NCBI GenBank assembly: GCA_951406725.2 | Contig: OX597821.1 | Span: 29,078,001 to 29,142,000, forward strand | DNA from: Octopus vulgaris | Lineage: Eukaryota | Direction: 5' to 3' | DNA length: 64,000 nucleotides | Shown: in pieces, positions 1 through 12,949 of the stretch | Layout of the letters: the number at the start of each line of letters is the position of its first letter | How positions within the stretch are numbered: position 1 is the first letter of the stretch | Notes under the pieces: model-generated | The model's input: only the letters and a program-made list of their open reading frames with translations | Told to the model about the DNA's origin: nothing | Database searches by the model: none | Program-made: the position numbers and the translations under genes

Positions 1-168
1 TACATACATAAATATATACATACATACATATATACATGCATACATATATACATACATACATGCATATATACATACATACATGCATACATATATACATACA
101 TACATGCATACATATATACATACATACATGCATACATATATACATACATGCATACATATATACATACA

Positions 169-201
<33 letters not shown>
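1..201. repeat. compound (TACA)n/(TA)n microsatellite
   Basis: Directly visible tandem TACATACA/TA units. Many similar tracts occur throughout the window (e.g. 7420-7530, 21860-21915, 43840-44140, 50770-50840, 51460-51570). Confidence 0.95.
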
Positions 202-207
<6 letters not shown>

Positions 208-1549
208 ATCCGTTCTGTCTGTCTGCGTGTGTGTCTTCTAGGATCTTGGGTACCCTACATCCGATTACGTTCAAATTTAATATGTAGATACCGACAGTAT
301 CAGGGCGTGTATAAGTCTTGAAAAAAAAATTCAGAAATCGATTCCAGGCGAGAATGCGATCGATAAAGCCGTGGGAAAGTGCATTCGTACGCGCAAGTAC
401 ATCAGCTGTTGCGATCGATACTAAGCGTACGCGAGAAAAATGCACGTGCAGTTTGCACAAAAAAAGCCGACTGGCTTGAAATAATGCCACAAAATGGGAC
501 GGTTGGACAAGTTGTTTTGAGAAAATTTGGTTTAAATGTTTGACAATTCAGCACCGTCCATTGGACGGGGGCCGTTTTGCTCGTATATATATATGTGTGT
601 GTGTACGTAGTTAGGGTAAATCCCAGCTGTTTTCTCTTGAAGCACATCATAGTACATTATTACAATCAAGCAACATGTGGTTACAGTTGATGCTGTACGT
701 AAGTCAAAATAAATACAAAAACTGAAAATTATGGAAAGCAAAACAGGAAAGCAAAAAATTTTTGGTATTAGTCATTCTCCATTACACGTGTTTCATTTGG
801 TAATAGGAATTACAACGATTTACATATTAGGTAGGCATGTAAAGAATTTCCGATTAGAAATTCTTCAGGTAGAAAAATTATAATACAAGTTTCACATTTG
901 GATGAAGTGTTTTACATGTAAATTCGTTACATGTCTACCTAACATGTAAATCTTTGTAATTCCTACTAGCAAATGAAACACGTGTAATGGGAAATAAATG
1001 ATACCAAAAACTCTTTACGTTCTTGTTTTGTTGCATACATAACACAAATTCAAATATCAATACTGTTTACGGAAATGATAAGGCTTTCAAAGTGTGTATG
1101 TGATACTGAATGATATTTATTCACATCATTAAAGGAGGAGAAGTTCATTTTAAGATAAGAACTGTTTTGAATTCAAAAATGCTATCTCGGAATTGCTAAT
1201 CCTTGTTCTGGAGACTGAGTTCCAAGAAGCCACGAAACCTGCAAAGAAATAAATTAAGAATGAGGCAATGTTTCAGGTAAACAGTGATAGAAAAATATTA
1301 AAAATTGTGGAAGGATATTGTGTGATTGTGTATGTATGTATATATATTCTCATATAGACATACACACATATGTACACTTACGGATACAGCAATATATACG
1401 TGGATACACACAGATGTACTAAAAATCAAAAAAAATTTTCTTCTGGTGATCAAGGACCACAAGGTCCTTAGCGGCATCAAACATGCTATATTAATTCTCT
1501 GTGGATATTATTTTTAGGGGTTTGCTCACGACATATCGTGAATACACCA
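202..1549 (+). mobile_element. possible decayed non-autonomous Helitron-like element
   Basis: 5' end TTATATAATCCGTTCTGTCTGTCTGCGTGTG resembles Helitron/DINE-type 5' ends. A hairpin TCACGA-CATA-TCGTGA lies near 1525-1540, but no terminal CTAG is retained. Confidence 0.35.
739..1030. repeat. imperfect inverted repeat (fold-back/MITE-like), arms ~110 bp
   Basis: 739-849 is the approximate reverse complement of 918-1030 (CCATTACACGTGTTTCATTTG vs CAAATGAAACACGTGTAATGG). Confidence 0.85.
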
Positions 1550-1747
1550 AATTTCATATATGAATTTTCTGAAAGAATGAATAAACCAATATAGAAGAAA
1601 TATATATAATGGGGTTTTATTATGTTGCGAACAAAATGTCTGTTAATTCGGTACTCTGAAATGGAAAAAGGTTTTAAAGAAAAATTATGATGAAACTGAA
1701 CCGCTTCTTTTACATCGTTTCATAAATTTCTCTTTTGTTTTATATAC

Positions 1748-1779
<32 letters not shown>

Positions 1780-2549
1780 TCTATATGCATATGAAATATC
1801 CTTCAAATATTTCTTTCTCTCAGGTTGTTTTCTTTGTCAAATTGAATGTGGTATATCGTATTGATAAACTCAAAGAGTGAACATATACAATCGCCAACAA
1901 GCAAAGACAAGAGGCGATTGTACGAAAATACTTGCCATGTACGAGTTGGTCACATATTAGCTGTTAAGTGTTATTTCAGATTTCTCACCCACAAACATAC
2001 ATGAGTAACGTGGCGATTATCTCGCTAGCGGCAAAAGAAAATCCATTTCACATAAACAAAAAACTTTAAACATACTGCATAGTTTACAGCGAACAAAGTA
2101 AGAGTTTAAGAGGAAGCTTCGAAGGAGTCATACAACACGCAAGAAATAGTAGCCAATTCTCCCTCACATAACATCTTACTGTTGTAATGGAAAGAAAGAA
2201 GAAGGAAAATGTAGTCCAAGTAAACACGAGAAGGTCTGCGGCTTAGCAACGAAAATCTGTCATGGTTCCCGATCAACTGGCGCTACAAAGCTCAGCGAAT
2301 TAGCATGCAAGATGGAGTATTCCTGAGACGTGTAACTGATTAAATTTTCAAGAAGCATCAGAGTGACACAGTGTGAGAAGGCTGGATCTTTGAATTTAAG
2401 GTTTAGTCTATACGACGGGATTCTAAAGCCCGAGTTTCTCAAGATGTTATGCCAGGGAATCGAAACTAGAGTATTATGATTTAAAAGCGAACTTCATAAG
2501 CATTTGACCACACGGTGCCTCTTATACAATAATACTAACTCGTTATAAA

Positions 2550-2710
2550 TGAGGCATCACCTTGAAGGGTTTAGTCGAACAAATCGAACCCAGTACGTTT
2601 TTTCTAAACGTAGTTCTGATTGTATCGGTATATTTTGCCTAACTTCTAAGTTACATGGACGTAAATGAAACAACACCCGTTGCGATAGTGCGAGACAAAA
2701 ACATACACAA

Positions 2711-2762
<52 letters not shown>

Positions 2763-2925
2763 TTAAATTTTTCGTTGCGTTTTGCAACCTTTTCAAAAGA
2801 CGATTGTTCTCTGCAAACGATCCGAGAAAATCTAAAAAATCAAAGTACACGGCTAATCAACGTCTGAAAATTATTACATTATGACTAAAACATGCTGTGT
2901 ACTAAGCGTCTAATACATGTGTATG

Positions 2926-2965
<40 letters not shown>

Positions 2966-3155
2966 ATCATATGCATGACGGGTTTCTTTCAGTTTCTGTC
3001 TACCAAATCCACTCATAAGGTTTGGTCTACCTGAGGCTATAGCAGAAGACACTTGCTCAAAGTGGCATGCAGTGGTACTGAACTCAGAACCATATATATG
3101 GGAAAATATAGACACATATATACAGGGAAAAATATACTCATATACGCATGCAGGC
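2550..3155 (-). mobile_element. SINE family A copy, interrupted
   Basis: Head (2975-3155) and tail (2550-2720) match the intact family A copy at 32092-32530 in reverse. Confidence 0.75.
2761..2915 (-). repeat. DNA-element fragment, inverted copy of 5924-6083
   Basis: ~155-bp reverse-complement match to 5924-6083 (CATGCTGTGTACTAAGCGTCTAATA vs TATTAGACGCTTAGTACACAGCATG). Confidence 0.85.
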
Positions 3156-3299
3156 GCGCTGTATTTTTGCTTTTTTCCTTGCTGAAGGCCGTTCTGTTTT
3201 AAAGATTTTGAAAGCCTCCAAGTTGGCGCCGCAATATATTAATTTCGTTGTTTATTTCAGGCTGAGTGAATGAATGAGATTATTCATATTCACACTATC

Positions 3300-5700
3300 T
3301 GTGTTAGTATGTGATATGAAAATCACCGACTGGTTATTCTGGTTGTCATAACGAAAGGGGGAATCACACTGATTTTGCCGAAATTTATACTGTAATTTCA
3401 CATTTATCAGAGTTACAATTCAAATGTAGTTGATATAAACCTATGCTTAAGCGATTCGCAATTGGATTTTGTGTAAGCAGGTAGCAATGCCGCCTTCCTC
3501 GTCCCATTCAAAGCGTTGGCAGGGGTAGTTTATATTCCAAACTTTTCAGTAGTGAATAAACACTTGCTGCTTCAATGTCCGTAGCATAGTCTTGCTTCCT
3601 TAGTTATACTCCATGTTATCGTATTTGTTTCTTATCCACTCTCTTTGAAGTAGCATGCGTATTATAATAACAAAGGGGAGTTAGTTTTGCTCCTATATTT
3701 AAAAGTGTTTTCTGTTAACCTTCTATATGCCCTTTTCGAATTATCGTTTAATCTTACACCAACTCTATTCACTAGCAGTTTCGATAACCATTTTCTATTA
3801 ACAGACAGTTTGTATTGCATCATTTTAGTTGAAGATTTGTGAGCCTATATAGTCCAAACAAAAGGAGTTGGCTTTTATAGAAATTCTTTTAAATATATTG
3901 TGATATCTAAGTAAAGTGAAGTGTATATTTATCAGTGTGAGGAAGTTATTTGCTATGTTTGTAGATAATTTTATAAACTAAAGATTAGAAATATTATCTA
4001 CCTGTTTCTGAGTTTAATGTTGTTCTTTATTACAGCTTTCATATATTTCAGTTTCTCTTTGAAACCACATCTTACTAAGGTTATATTGTAGTATCGGTTA
4101 ACTTTTTTTTTTTTTCGTATATTTCCTTATCTAATGAGATTGGCTATTCGTTAATGAATATCATTGATATGTTCTATAAATGTGGACAGAAGTTCAGAGT
4201 CGATACTGAGATATAATATTCTCCGTTTGGTTTTTAGAAGGGGTATTTGTCTGTTTATATCTCGTAAGTAGAAAATTTACTATTTTTAGACTTGTGTTTA
4301 ATATAGTTTTCAGGTAAAATTCTTTGAAATAGTTAATGAATGTTTGTTTTATTTTTACTTTGTCCCTGATATTATAGGTTAATTATTATATTATATTATA
4401 GGTTAATTATAACAGAGTTAGCCCATCATCTCTATATAGTCCGCAGTGGATTTTATGTTTTCTAGTGTTAGTGCCATATATATGAGCAACAGTAGAGGTA
4501 CAGGTGTCAGGTGTTACTGTCTCAGAATCTGCCCTTCGTAAATATTATGTACTGTGTATCTAATATAATGTACATGTCTGAATAACTCAAAAGCGGATTT
4601 CTTTACTCAGCTGCGTCTAATTGTTACATACACAGCATGAATATCGTTCGGCCGCTCCTTATGTACCAAGTTTGATAGTCACATAATATTGCTGTGCGTG
4701 TATATTATTTCGACCTAACGAGGTGCCTCAATTCAAGTACCTAATTCAAGTGCATCTTATATGGATCTTTTCGGTTTGAACGGCAGTTTTTTTCTAGCGT
4801 TGTCATATGAAATTGTCACCCATAATTATGACCCTCGTATCGATCTATTGCATTTCGATCTGTTTTAGGTTTAGGGGTGGGGGGAAAGGGTATCTTTTTT
4901 TCCCCTCAGAAATGTAAATAAACCCAATCTGTTTCTTAAACGAGGAACATATTCATACGGCACAGAATATTTTTTACCTCAATAGATGTCACTGATTGGT
5001 TGAAATTGCAGAAATTGAAGAAAAAAACAACAACAAATATCTTACAAACTATAGAATTTTCTCAATAAAGCCAAGAGAAAAAGATGTTTTATAAACACAT
5101 TCTGCCAGTCTACGAAGTTAAACATTTTTTAATTACCTAAAAATTATGTTAAAAACCTCCGTTCAAACCGAAAAGATCCTCTTATATATATATACACACA
5201 ATACGCACGAACATAATCCGACTAGATTGGAAGTTTCTGCTTCTGTTTGAGTTTCGCATTGATACATTTTCGTATTATTGACAAGAAATAACATTCTAAT
5301 GTTAATCACTATAACAAAATTAGCGTCACCAATGTAAGAGGTTTTCTTGGATTCTAAAGCTTTCAGGAAAACACTTTCAGATACAGATGTTCAGAGATCG
5401 AACTAAATTAGATTTGGTTACAATTTTTTTAAGCTACTATTTTTCAGTGTTGTTCTATTTGTAATTTGTTTGAAGTCAGAGACCACTAGAGCTTACTAAC
5501 TATACAGAATTTGTTTATGGTTAGGTTGATAAGTCTGCACTGGGATTATTAACTTAGTCTTTACGTTCACTCGTCTTTATTTTTATGTGTTGTTAAAGTT
5601 TCCTCATCGTCATTTAATATGTATATTTCAGCCTAATTCATAATCTCGAGTTTTGACAACATGTAGTTATATATTGACATATTCTAACGTAACTAACAAA
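3300..5700 (-). pseudogene. decayed Penelope-like retroelement (RT + C-terminal GIY-YIG region), YRDD type (Nematis-like, tentative)
   Basis: Manual minus-strand translation gives CRLIN (5525-5539), FDL*TSVSESVFLKALE (~5350-5400), GLYRDDGL (4419-4442), LSTNIANNFLTLINIHF..YHNIFKRISIK (~3880-3970) and ITWSITKEA..TEKF..CLHK (~3470-3620), in the order expected for PLE RT-EN proteins. Many stops/frameshifts and ~700 bp of insertions. Confidence 0.85.
4763..5179. mobile_element. MITE with GG-starting TIRs and 8-bp TSD (Merlin-like)
   Basis: TIR GGATCTTTTCGGTTTGAACGG / CCGTTCAAACCGAAAAGATCC (21 bp perfect). TSD TCTTATAT at 4755-4762 and 5180-5187. Confidence 0.9.
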
Positions 5701-5923
5701 TGCTCATAACTGAATGCGTTCTAAGTGGGTTTTTTTTTTTTAGTGTGATTATCAGACTCTATATATTACGCTAGCAAGCTTCAATAAAAACGTCTCGAAC
5801 CGGGGACAGGGAAAATTTTTCTATATAAATTTTTAAGCCATATTTGTTGTCGAAAGTTGCAATAGTAATACCTTTGTCGAAGAAAGCTTTCTATCGTATT
5901 CTTGCCAAAACTTCAGTTTTCCT

Positions 5924-6185
5924 TATTAGACGCTTAGTACACAGCATGTTTTCAGTGATAATGTAATATTTTCCAGACGTTGATTAGCGGTGTACTTACA
6001 TTTTTTAGATTATCTCTTCTCAGGTCGTTTGCAGAGAACAATCGACTATTGAAAAGGTTACAAGACGCAACGAAAGTTTTAGGAAAATAAAAATACGAAA
6101 TAAGTGGAAATTTTACCGGTGAGTGTGTTAAATTATAAGGTTCAAAAAGAAAATGACTCTCCCCCGATACAACAGAATTAAATAA
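5924..6185 (+). mobile_element. DNA transposon-like terminal fragment
   Basis: Homologous to 2761-2915 (inverted). Ends ...CCCCCGATACAACAGAATTAA. Confidence 0.5.
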
Positions 6186-7191
6186 GAGCTATACATTTAT
6201 CTGTTATATTTTGCTTCATGAACGACAGAAGAAAGTACTAAGTCCATGCCTGTGTACAGTACTTTGGTTGTGTGTCTTCTTCTCTAGCCTCCAGTTGACT
6301 ATATCGAGAGTGGGAGTTTAATGGACGGCAACTGTGCAGAAACCTGCCATATACATGATGCCGTGCAGTAGGACTGAACCCAGAACTATGTTGTTGGGAA
6401 GCAAAGTTCGGCGCATGAGTATCAGCTGTAATGATTTGGAATAAAGCCTGTTCATTCCACCCTCTGGTATTAAAATTATTTTGTATAATCTCTGCCGATA
6501 TTCACGGATTTCCACATGTATATCCAGTAAAAGAGAAATCCTGCTGTATAACATTTGGTAGCCGATACCTGTTGAGGAGGCTTTGGAAAGCAGGCTATGA
6601 GATTATTACTCAGATAATATTAAATATATATATTATGTGTATGTGCATGTACAACGTTTACATGTGTGTTCGTGCGTGCATGCGTGCGCACAAGCACACA
6701 CATATACTGGGTTGGTAAGTGTATGCATGTACGTAAGTCTAATTCTCGCATTGGAGGAAGAGGAGGCGGCTACAGCGGAGAGCAAGAGAAAAACAGAAGG
6801 CCTGGAAACAGGGGAACAAAAAGCGAATTTTATGATGTTCAAGTAATGGCTCTTCCATTTCTCTTTCCTCAATTTATGGTTATTATTCTAGCTCTTGTTT
6901 AAGATGTCAGTATTACTATTTATTATCATTATTATCATTATTATTATTATTGTTGTTGTTGTTGTTGCTGTTGTTTCATCATTGATTCTTGGCATGGAGT
7001 TGGTGGGTAAGTTGGAGAGAGAGAGAGAGAGATCGTTCCACTCGTCCAACCAGAAATTGATTTGTAGCTAAGATGAATGGTTAAGAGATTTCTGTAATAA
7101 TAAAAGAACGAACGAACAGCAACAAGAAATATCGATGACTTTCGCTGGGGTTGGAGGTGTCAGCGTAGCTAATTATTATTATTGTTCTCGC

Positions 7192-7225
<34 letters not shown>

Positions 7226-7445
7226 TTTGTTCTTATTATATTAATTATGATTACAATGCTGATGCTGATAATAATGATAATAATTATGATAACGATAATA
7301 ATGGCGATGATAATTTATGTCTTAATCTCATTGCCAATATCGACTACAACGAGAGAGAGAAAGAGAGAGAGAGAGAGGTGAGAGAAAAAGAAAGAGAGGG
7401 CAAATGAAAGATATTGTGTGCATATATATATATACATATATATAT

Positions 7446-7494
<49 letters not shown>

Positions 7495-9025
7495 TATATA
7501 CACATATATATATATATATATATATACACATATGCACCGTATACATGCGTACACAATACATTCAGACCCATTCTTATATATACACAATCGCGCCTACTGG
7601 ATACAATAGTCTTCTGTGCATATCTGGCTGTTATTGGACGGACCGTAGTATTTGGGGATTCAGGAACTCCGTGTTACGAATAATTTCTTACTCTGGCACG
7701 ATACTGCGGTATATTTTACAAGGTAGGGATCCTAAGACGATAGAATTGACTAATATTTTGATTGGAATTTAGTTTATTAGCTGACCCCTAAGAGCAACAA
7801 AGCGCAAAGTGGACCCTGGAAGACATTTAGTATTCTTTTGGTAATCATAACTTCTTACAGATAGAAATCTATAGAAGACGGAGCAAATGAGGGATTGTGT
7901 GAGGGCTTCTCTTATTTTTCACAAGAAGACTTATAAATAACCGTTGTCGTTTATAAATCCGCGTTAACCTTTATCCAACCAACCTACTGTTGTGCCGACA
8001 AGAACATGGATGCAGGGAGACAACTATCATGTTAGTGCCTTGCTAGCTATGCAGTTCTCCCGCAGAGAAAACATAGAAGATTCTGGAAACTGAAGCAGGC
8101 CTATGGAGAATCAAAAGTTGTGTTGAAGCATTTACAATACCTGTGGTTTGAAATATTCCAGCGCTGACCTTTCCGTCGAATAATTATAGCGTGTTTCATT
8201 GTATATCTTTGTATCCTAGAAAAATGACAGGTTACGCTTTCACTTAACTCAACTGGTGGTCAGCTCTGGTTGTGGAGATCTATGGTGAAGTACATTTCAA
8301 CCGTGGCAATCCCATCTTCAAATAAATTTTATTTCCCCCATTTAATGTTTGTATGAATAAATCCTACCTAAATTAACTTTGACTTATATTCTCCAGGAGT
8401 CGATAAAATGAAGTACCGGAATAAATATATTTGACTATAACTATATCCTCACCCCTCCAATATATATATAATAGGTCTAAGAATCCATAAGTCAGAAAAA
8501 TATATATTCGTATACTTATCAATAGAATAGGTTTATTAATCAGAGCAAAGAGTATTACAGATCCATTTTAGCCGATCTTATCAACCGCCTTTAATTTCTT
8601 TTCTATCCAAACGGGCTTTTCAGCCCAATACTTACATGCTATTACTCGTGGCTTTATATGTACTTCAAGAACAAATTCCCCATTAAATAATTACTCCACC
8701 GTCTCTCGAAAGATCATAAATTCATTGATCGTAAGATTATGGTTTCGGTTTCTAGACCGAGCGATGCCTTGTGTTGTTGAGCAATACACTCCCTTTTATG
8801 TTGCTCAAGTTCACCCAGCTGGCAAAAATGGGTAAACCTATAATAATAATGTCATCCTGTCCGGGGCAGTTGAAACATATACTCCACAGAATCAGAGAAA
8901 GAGGCCCTATGAACCTATGACTCAGAAAGGACCTTTGACTCTTTTTTATTATTATTATCAAGCCTTAGGTCAGCATCGATGATGCAACTAACATAAATCT
9001 TGTCTACAAAGCTCTAGATGTGACA

Positions 9026-9377
9026 GGAGGCGCAATGGCCCAGTAGTTAGGGCAGCAGACTCGCGGTTTCGATTCCCAGACCGGGCGTTGTGAGTGTTTA
9101 TTGAGCGAAAACACCTAAGCTCCACGAGGCTCCGGCAGGGGATGGTGGTGATCCCTGCTGTACTCTTTCACCACAACTTTCTCTCACTCTTACTTCCTGT
9201 TTCTGTTGTACCTGTATTTCAAAGGGCCGGCCTTGTCACTCTCTGTGTCACGCTGAATATCCCCGTGAACACGTGTCTGTGGAGTGCTCAGCCACTTACA
9301 CGTTAATTTCACGAGCAGGCTGTTCCGTTGATTCGGATCAACCGGAAAACTCGTCGTCGCAACCGACGGAGTGCTTC
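9026..9377 (+). mobile_element. tRNA-derived SINE family C
   Basis: A/B-box-like head GGAGGCGCAATGGCCCAGTAGTTAGG...GGTTTCGATTCC. 12-bp TSD CTAGATGTGACA (9014-9025, 9378-9389). Near-identical copy at 20297-20640. Confidence 0.9.
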
Positions 9378-9454
9378 CTAGATGTGACAATCCGTCTTTT
9401 TTTGTCTTCAAACAGTGTGTCTGTTCCCATTTGTATCTCACTATTTTGAGGTAC

Positions 9455-10075
9455 TATCGTTTCCGCTGTTCGTTCTATATAGACATCAATCCCCCTTGAT
9501 TTTAACAACCGACTACCTTTCCTTTAAATAATCCCACATGCACGTACAAAAGTCTCACCAGCCCTTTTATACTCACACCAATCGCTTTCTCTAACTATAC
9601 ACTCACGCAGTTCGTCACTTATACTCATATACCCTATGTTACCAAGCTTTAAGCACGCACATTACTCATTCTCCTCATGCAAACACACACCATCTTGTTC
9701 ATACGCCGAACACTAGTTTTACTCAGATTTACACACATACAAAAATGAACTCTTCTCACACACTTCATTTTATCCCTTACACATGTTGCACGGACGTGAA
9801 CCAATTTCACTACACGCTTCAATTTTTCTGTCCATGCCTATCATTTTTATTACACTTGCCGTTGTTCACTCACCTGTGCTAAAGTGAAACATCTTTGTTC
9901 CACTACTCCCTATCTAATATTCAGCGTGTAGCTTTGACAAAGGACAATTGCCCGAAAAGTTGATGTAGCTTTCTTTACTGTCCATACAGTGTTAAATACA
10001 TTGATGTTGTTTGCTTGTGTCTCACCTAGCGGCTTATCCTTATCCATGTAATATAAATGTTGGCGAATGTGTATT
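9455..10075 (+). mobile_element. 3' end of a Penelope-like element (Neptune-like, tentative)
   Basis: Terminal codons PLDFNNRLPFL* resemble the PxGLN..L.FL* end of PLE GIY-YIG proteins. Followed by a CA-rich UTR and a hammerhead-like motif at 9934-9961. Confidence 0.55.
9928..9965 (+). ncRNA. decayed minimal hammerhead ribozyme motif, U3-A8 core variant
   Basis: TTGACAA-A-GGAC-AATT-GCCC-GAAA-AGTT. Stem II has one mismatch and stem I is poorly paired. Confidence 0.4.
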
Positions 10076-10134
10076 CCACTAGGTTACGGAGGACTTAGAA
10101 AAGCCAAAGAAAATAAGACATGGAAAAGCAGAGA

Positions 10135-10195
<61 letters not shown>

Positions 10196-10399
10196 TACGG
10201 GTGTTCAAGTGTGGCTTCTTTATCCAATTATTAGCACAAAATACATTTCGAACATATCCAGACAAACAGCCTTGTTAGCTTGGCACTGAAGTCGACATCT
10301 TAAGAGTACGTCAAGTGAAATATCTTTTATTTACACTCTCATACCTTTCCTTGCCTTTTTCACCTCTCTATTCTAACAATTCTATGAACTTCGACATTA

Positions 10400-10465
<66 letters not shown>

Positions 10466-10798
10466 CATATGAAGTATTAGGCTTCATATGCATACACATA
10501 CACACGTATTTATTATACATTTCGGTACACATGTGTGCACATAAACATTTGAGTCAGTGTGTGTACATTAATAAAGAGGTATGCAATCACACTAACATGC
10601 ACACATGCATGCACACACGCGTGTATGTATATGCAAAATGTATGTATGAATATAATTCAAACGCCAATCCTAGTAGATGACTATTCGTCGTCTTTTAAAA
10701 TTTATTTTTACTTATAGACGTCATATTCACTTCATTTCTTGGTGATCGATTTGTCGGCCATTTTGTTATTCTTTTCCATGCTGTATCTTTACTTTCTA

Positions 10799-10832
<34 letters not shown>

Positions 10833-11018
10833 TCTGTGATAGAGAGTAAAAGAAAAAGAAATGGCGAGAAATAGAAAGAGAAAATGGTCGGTAGTTACTC
10901 ACTTTGACCTTTAGTAATTTTGAAGACTAGCTGTACAAAACATCTCAATGTCTTGAAGCCACAATTAGTTCTTTCCTGATAACTATTAAAATGCAACGCA
11001 ACTAATGCGACATTTCTT

Positions 11019-11055
<37 letters not shown>

Positions 11056-11194
11056 TGTTATTTATTAATGTCTTCTCAGTCACCCTTACGGCAAATAAAG
11101 AAATGATTATCATTATCATCATTATTATTATTATTATTAATACTTTTTACTAGAGGCACGAGGTTTGAAATTATATCGACCTGCCATATACTGG

Positions 11195-11333
11195 TGCGCG
11201 GCGAGTTTATCACTGTAAACTGGTGCTAGGTGCAGCCGTATTTGAAGACTTTATACCACTCCTTGATCTGAGTTTTACCTATGGTACAATCGCCAAAAGC
11301 CTGTTGAATTTTCTGGATGGTTTGGGCTTAAGT
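11195..11333 (-). mobile_element. mariner transposase N-terminal (HTH) fragment
   Basis: Translation QTIQKIQQAFGDCTIGKTQIKEWYKVFKYG matches the mariner N-terminal pattern. Confidence 0.75.
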
Positions 11334-11334
11334 A

Positions 11335-11497
11335 TTATATCGACCCCAGTGTTCCCCTGTTACTTAATTTATCGACTCCGAGAGGATGAAAGGCAAAGTC
11401 GACCTCGGCAGAATTTGAACTCGGAACGTAAAGACGGTCGAAATGCCGTTAAGTATTTTGCCAGGCGTGCTAAGGATTGTGCCAGCTCGCCGCCTTG
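11335..11497 (-). mobile_element. SINE family B copy
   Basis: Reverse of GGCGGCGAGCTGGCA...GAGTTCAAATTC...GCCTTTCATCCT core. Confidence 0.85.
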
Positions 11498-11519
11498 AGT
11501 GATAATAATAGTAATAATT

Positions 11520-12009
11520 TCATTTATTTTCCACAAGGGCGAAGGATGAGGATGAAGGGGACAATGCAAAGACAGGCGTAACGCGTTGGGGTTTACATAT
11601 GATGAAATGATAAAAAAAGTATACACGGTATACATTGAAAAAGATATATGCATAGCATACAAACGTTAAAAAAGTGGCGAGGAGGATGATACAGGAAGGC
11701 CTCTAGGGATAATCGAAGAATCCCACTATTCGAGATTTCCCTGAAACCCCAAGAGCAAGTACCCTCTCCAATTCCTTCTCTACGACTCACAGGTCTACAC
11801 TTAGAGAGGTACCATCCACTCTTGCCATTTTCGTAGCTTTCACCTACCTTTCAATAAACTCACTCAAGGACAGCACTTCTCTCTCCACTCCCAATTTCCT
11901 TTTCAAGTGAAACTTGAAAAAGTGAATGACAGCTCTACCAAAGAGGAATGTATTTGTCCTTATGCCTTTCAGCCTTGTTCACTAAACAAACTCTTTCACC
12001 ACAGCCACC

Positions 12010-12010
<1 letters not shown>
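11520..12010 (-). mobile_element. 5'-truncated Tx1/L1-like LINE 3' end
   Basis: Translation VAVVKEFV**TRLKGIRTNTFLFGRAVIHFFKFHLKRKLGVEREVLS is homologous to the 37543-37755 peptide. 3' UTR ends CCCTTGTGGAAAATAAATGAAATT(ATT)n. Confidence 0.7.
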
Positions 12011-12078
<68 letters not shown>

Positions 12079-12949
12079 AAGAGAAATGCTTTCCTTCCCA
12101 TCCATCCAGCGTCATTAAAATAAAATACCAGTAAATTGCTGGGGACCACTTAATCGCCTGAGCCCGCCTTCTCAAAACAGCGGGTCATCGTGCTTTAATT
12201 ATTATTATTATTATTATTATTAAGGCGGCGAGCAAGAAGAAACATTAACAGTAAAATAAAGTACCAGTCAAGTAGTGCGGTCAAATTAATCAACTAAACT
12301 CCTACCCATAATTATTACTAGTATAAAGCTCTTATGTGCCTAAGATTCTTGCAATTTTTTCACAGGTCGATAATGTGCCTCATTCTCATTATCTTGTCGT
12401 CACTTACGTAGCAGTATGGATGTTGTGCCGACTGCAATTATTATTCCGGCTCTTTATGGTCTAGGTTCAAATCCCGTCACAGTCGACTTTGTCCTTCATA
12501 CTTTCGGGGGCGACAAATTAAAGTACCAATGAAGTACTGAGATTGATGTAACTGGCTAAATCCTTCCTCACTAAAAGTGCTGGCCTTAGGCCCAAATGTG
12601 AGACTATTACTATCATCATTATCGTTGTTGCTTTTGTTCTCTCTACTAAGTTTATTACTCTTCGTGTTCAAATCACAGTTGTATTGGAAAACATTAGTGT
12701 AACCTGGGACCGATAAAATAGTGCGAGTCATATAGTATGTCAACTTAATCAACCATTTCCTCCCAACTCCCTTCCGGAATTTGTTGCCCTCAACTTATCT
12801 TAGAACGCCTTATTTCTATCATCATTAGTCGACATTATAACAAAGCAGACGGGTCCAACACAATAATAATCATACTGACAACTCAATCACCAAAATTTAT
12901 AGCCTTTCTCAAAAAGCTCCGAGTCATGATGATGACGATAACTAACACT

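Noticed and set aside
9026-9100. tRNA-like sequences at SINE heads (also 20570-20640, 29680-29750, 32092-32165, 57400-57470)
   Set aside because: A/B boxes are present, but each continues into a SINE body (several with TSDs) and lacks a full cloverleaf; not tRNA genes.
10903-10975. Minus-strand exon-like segment (ERTNCGFKTLRCFVQLVFKITKGQ, donor GTGAGT)
   Set aside because: Weak acceptor, no supporting neighbouring exons, and opposite strand to the better candidate.
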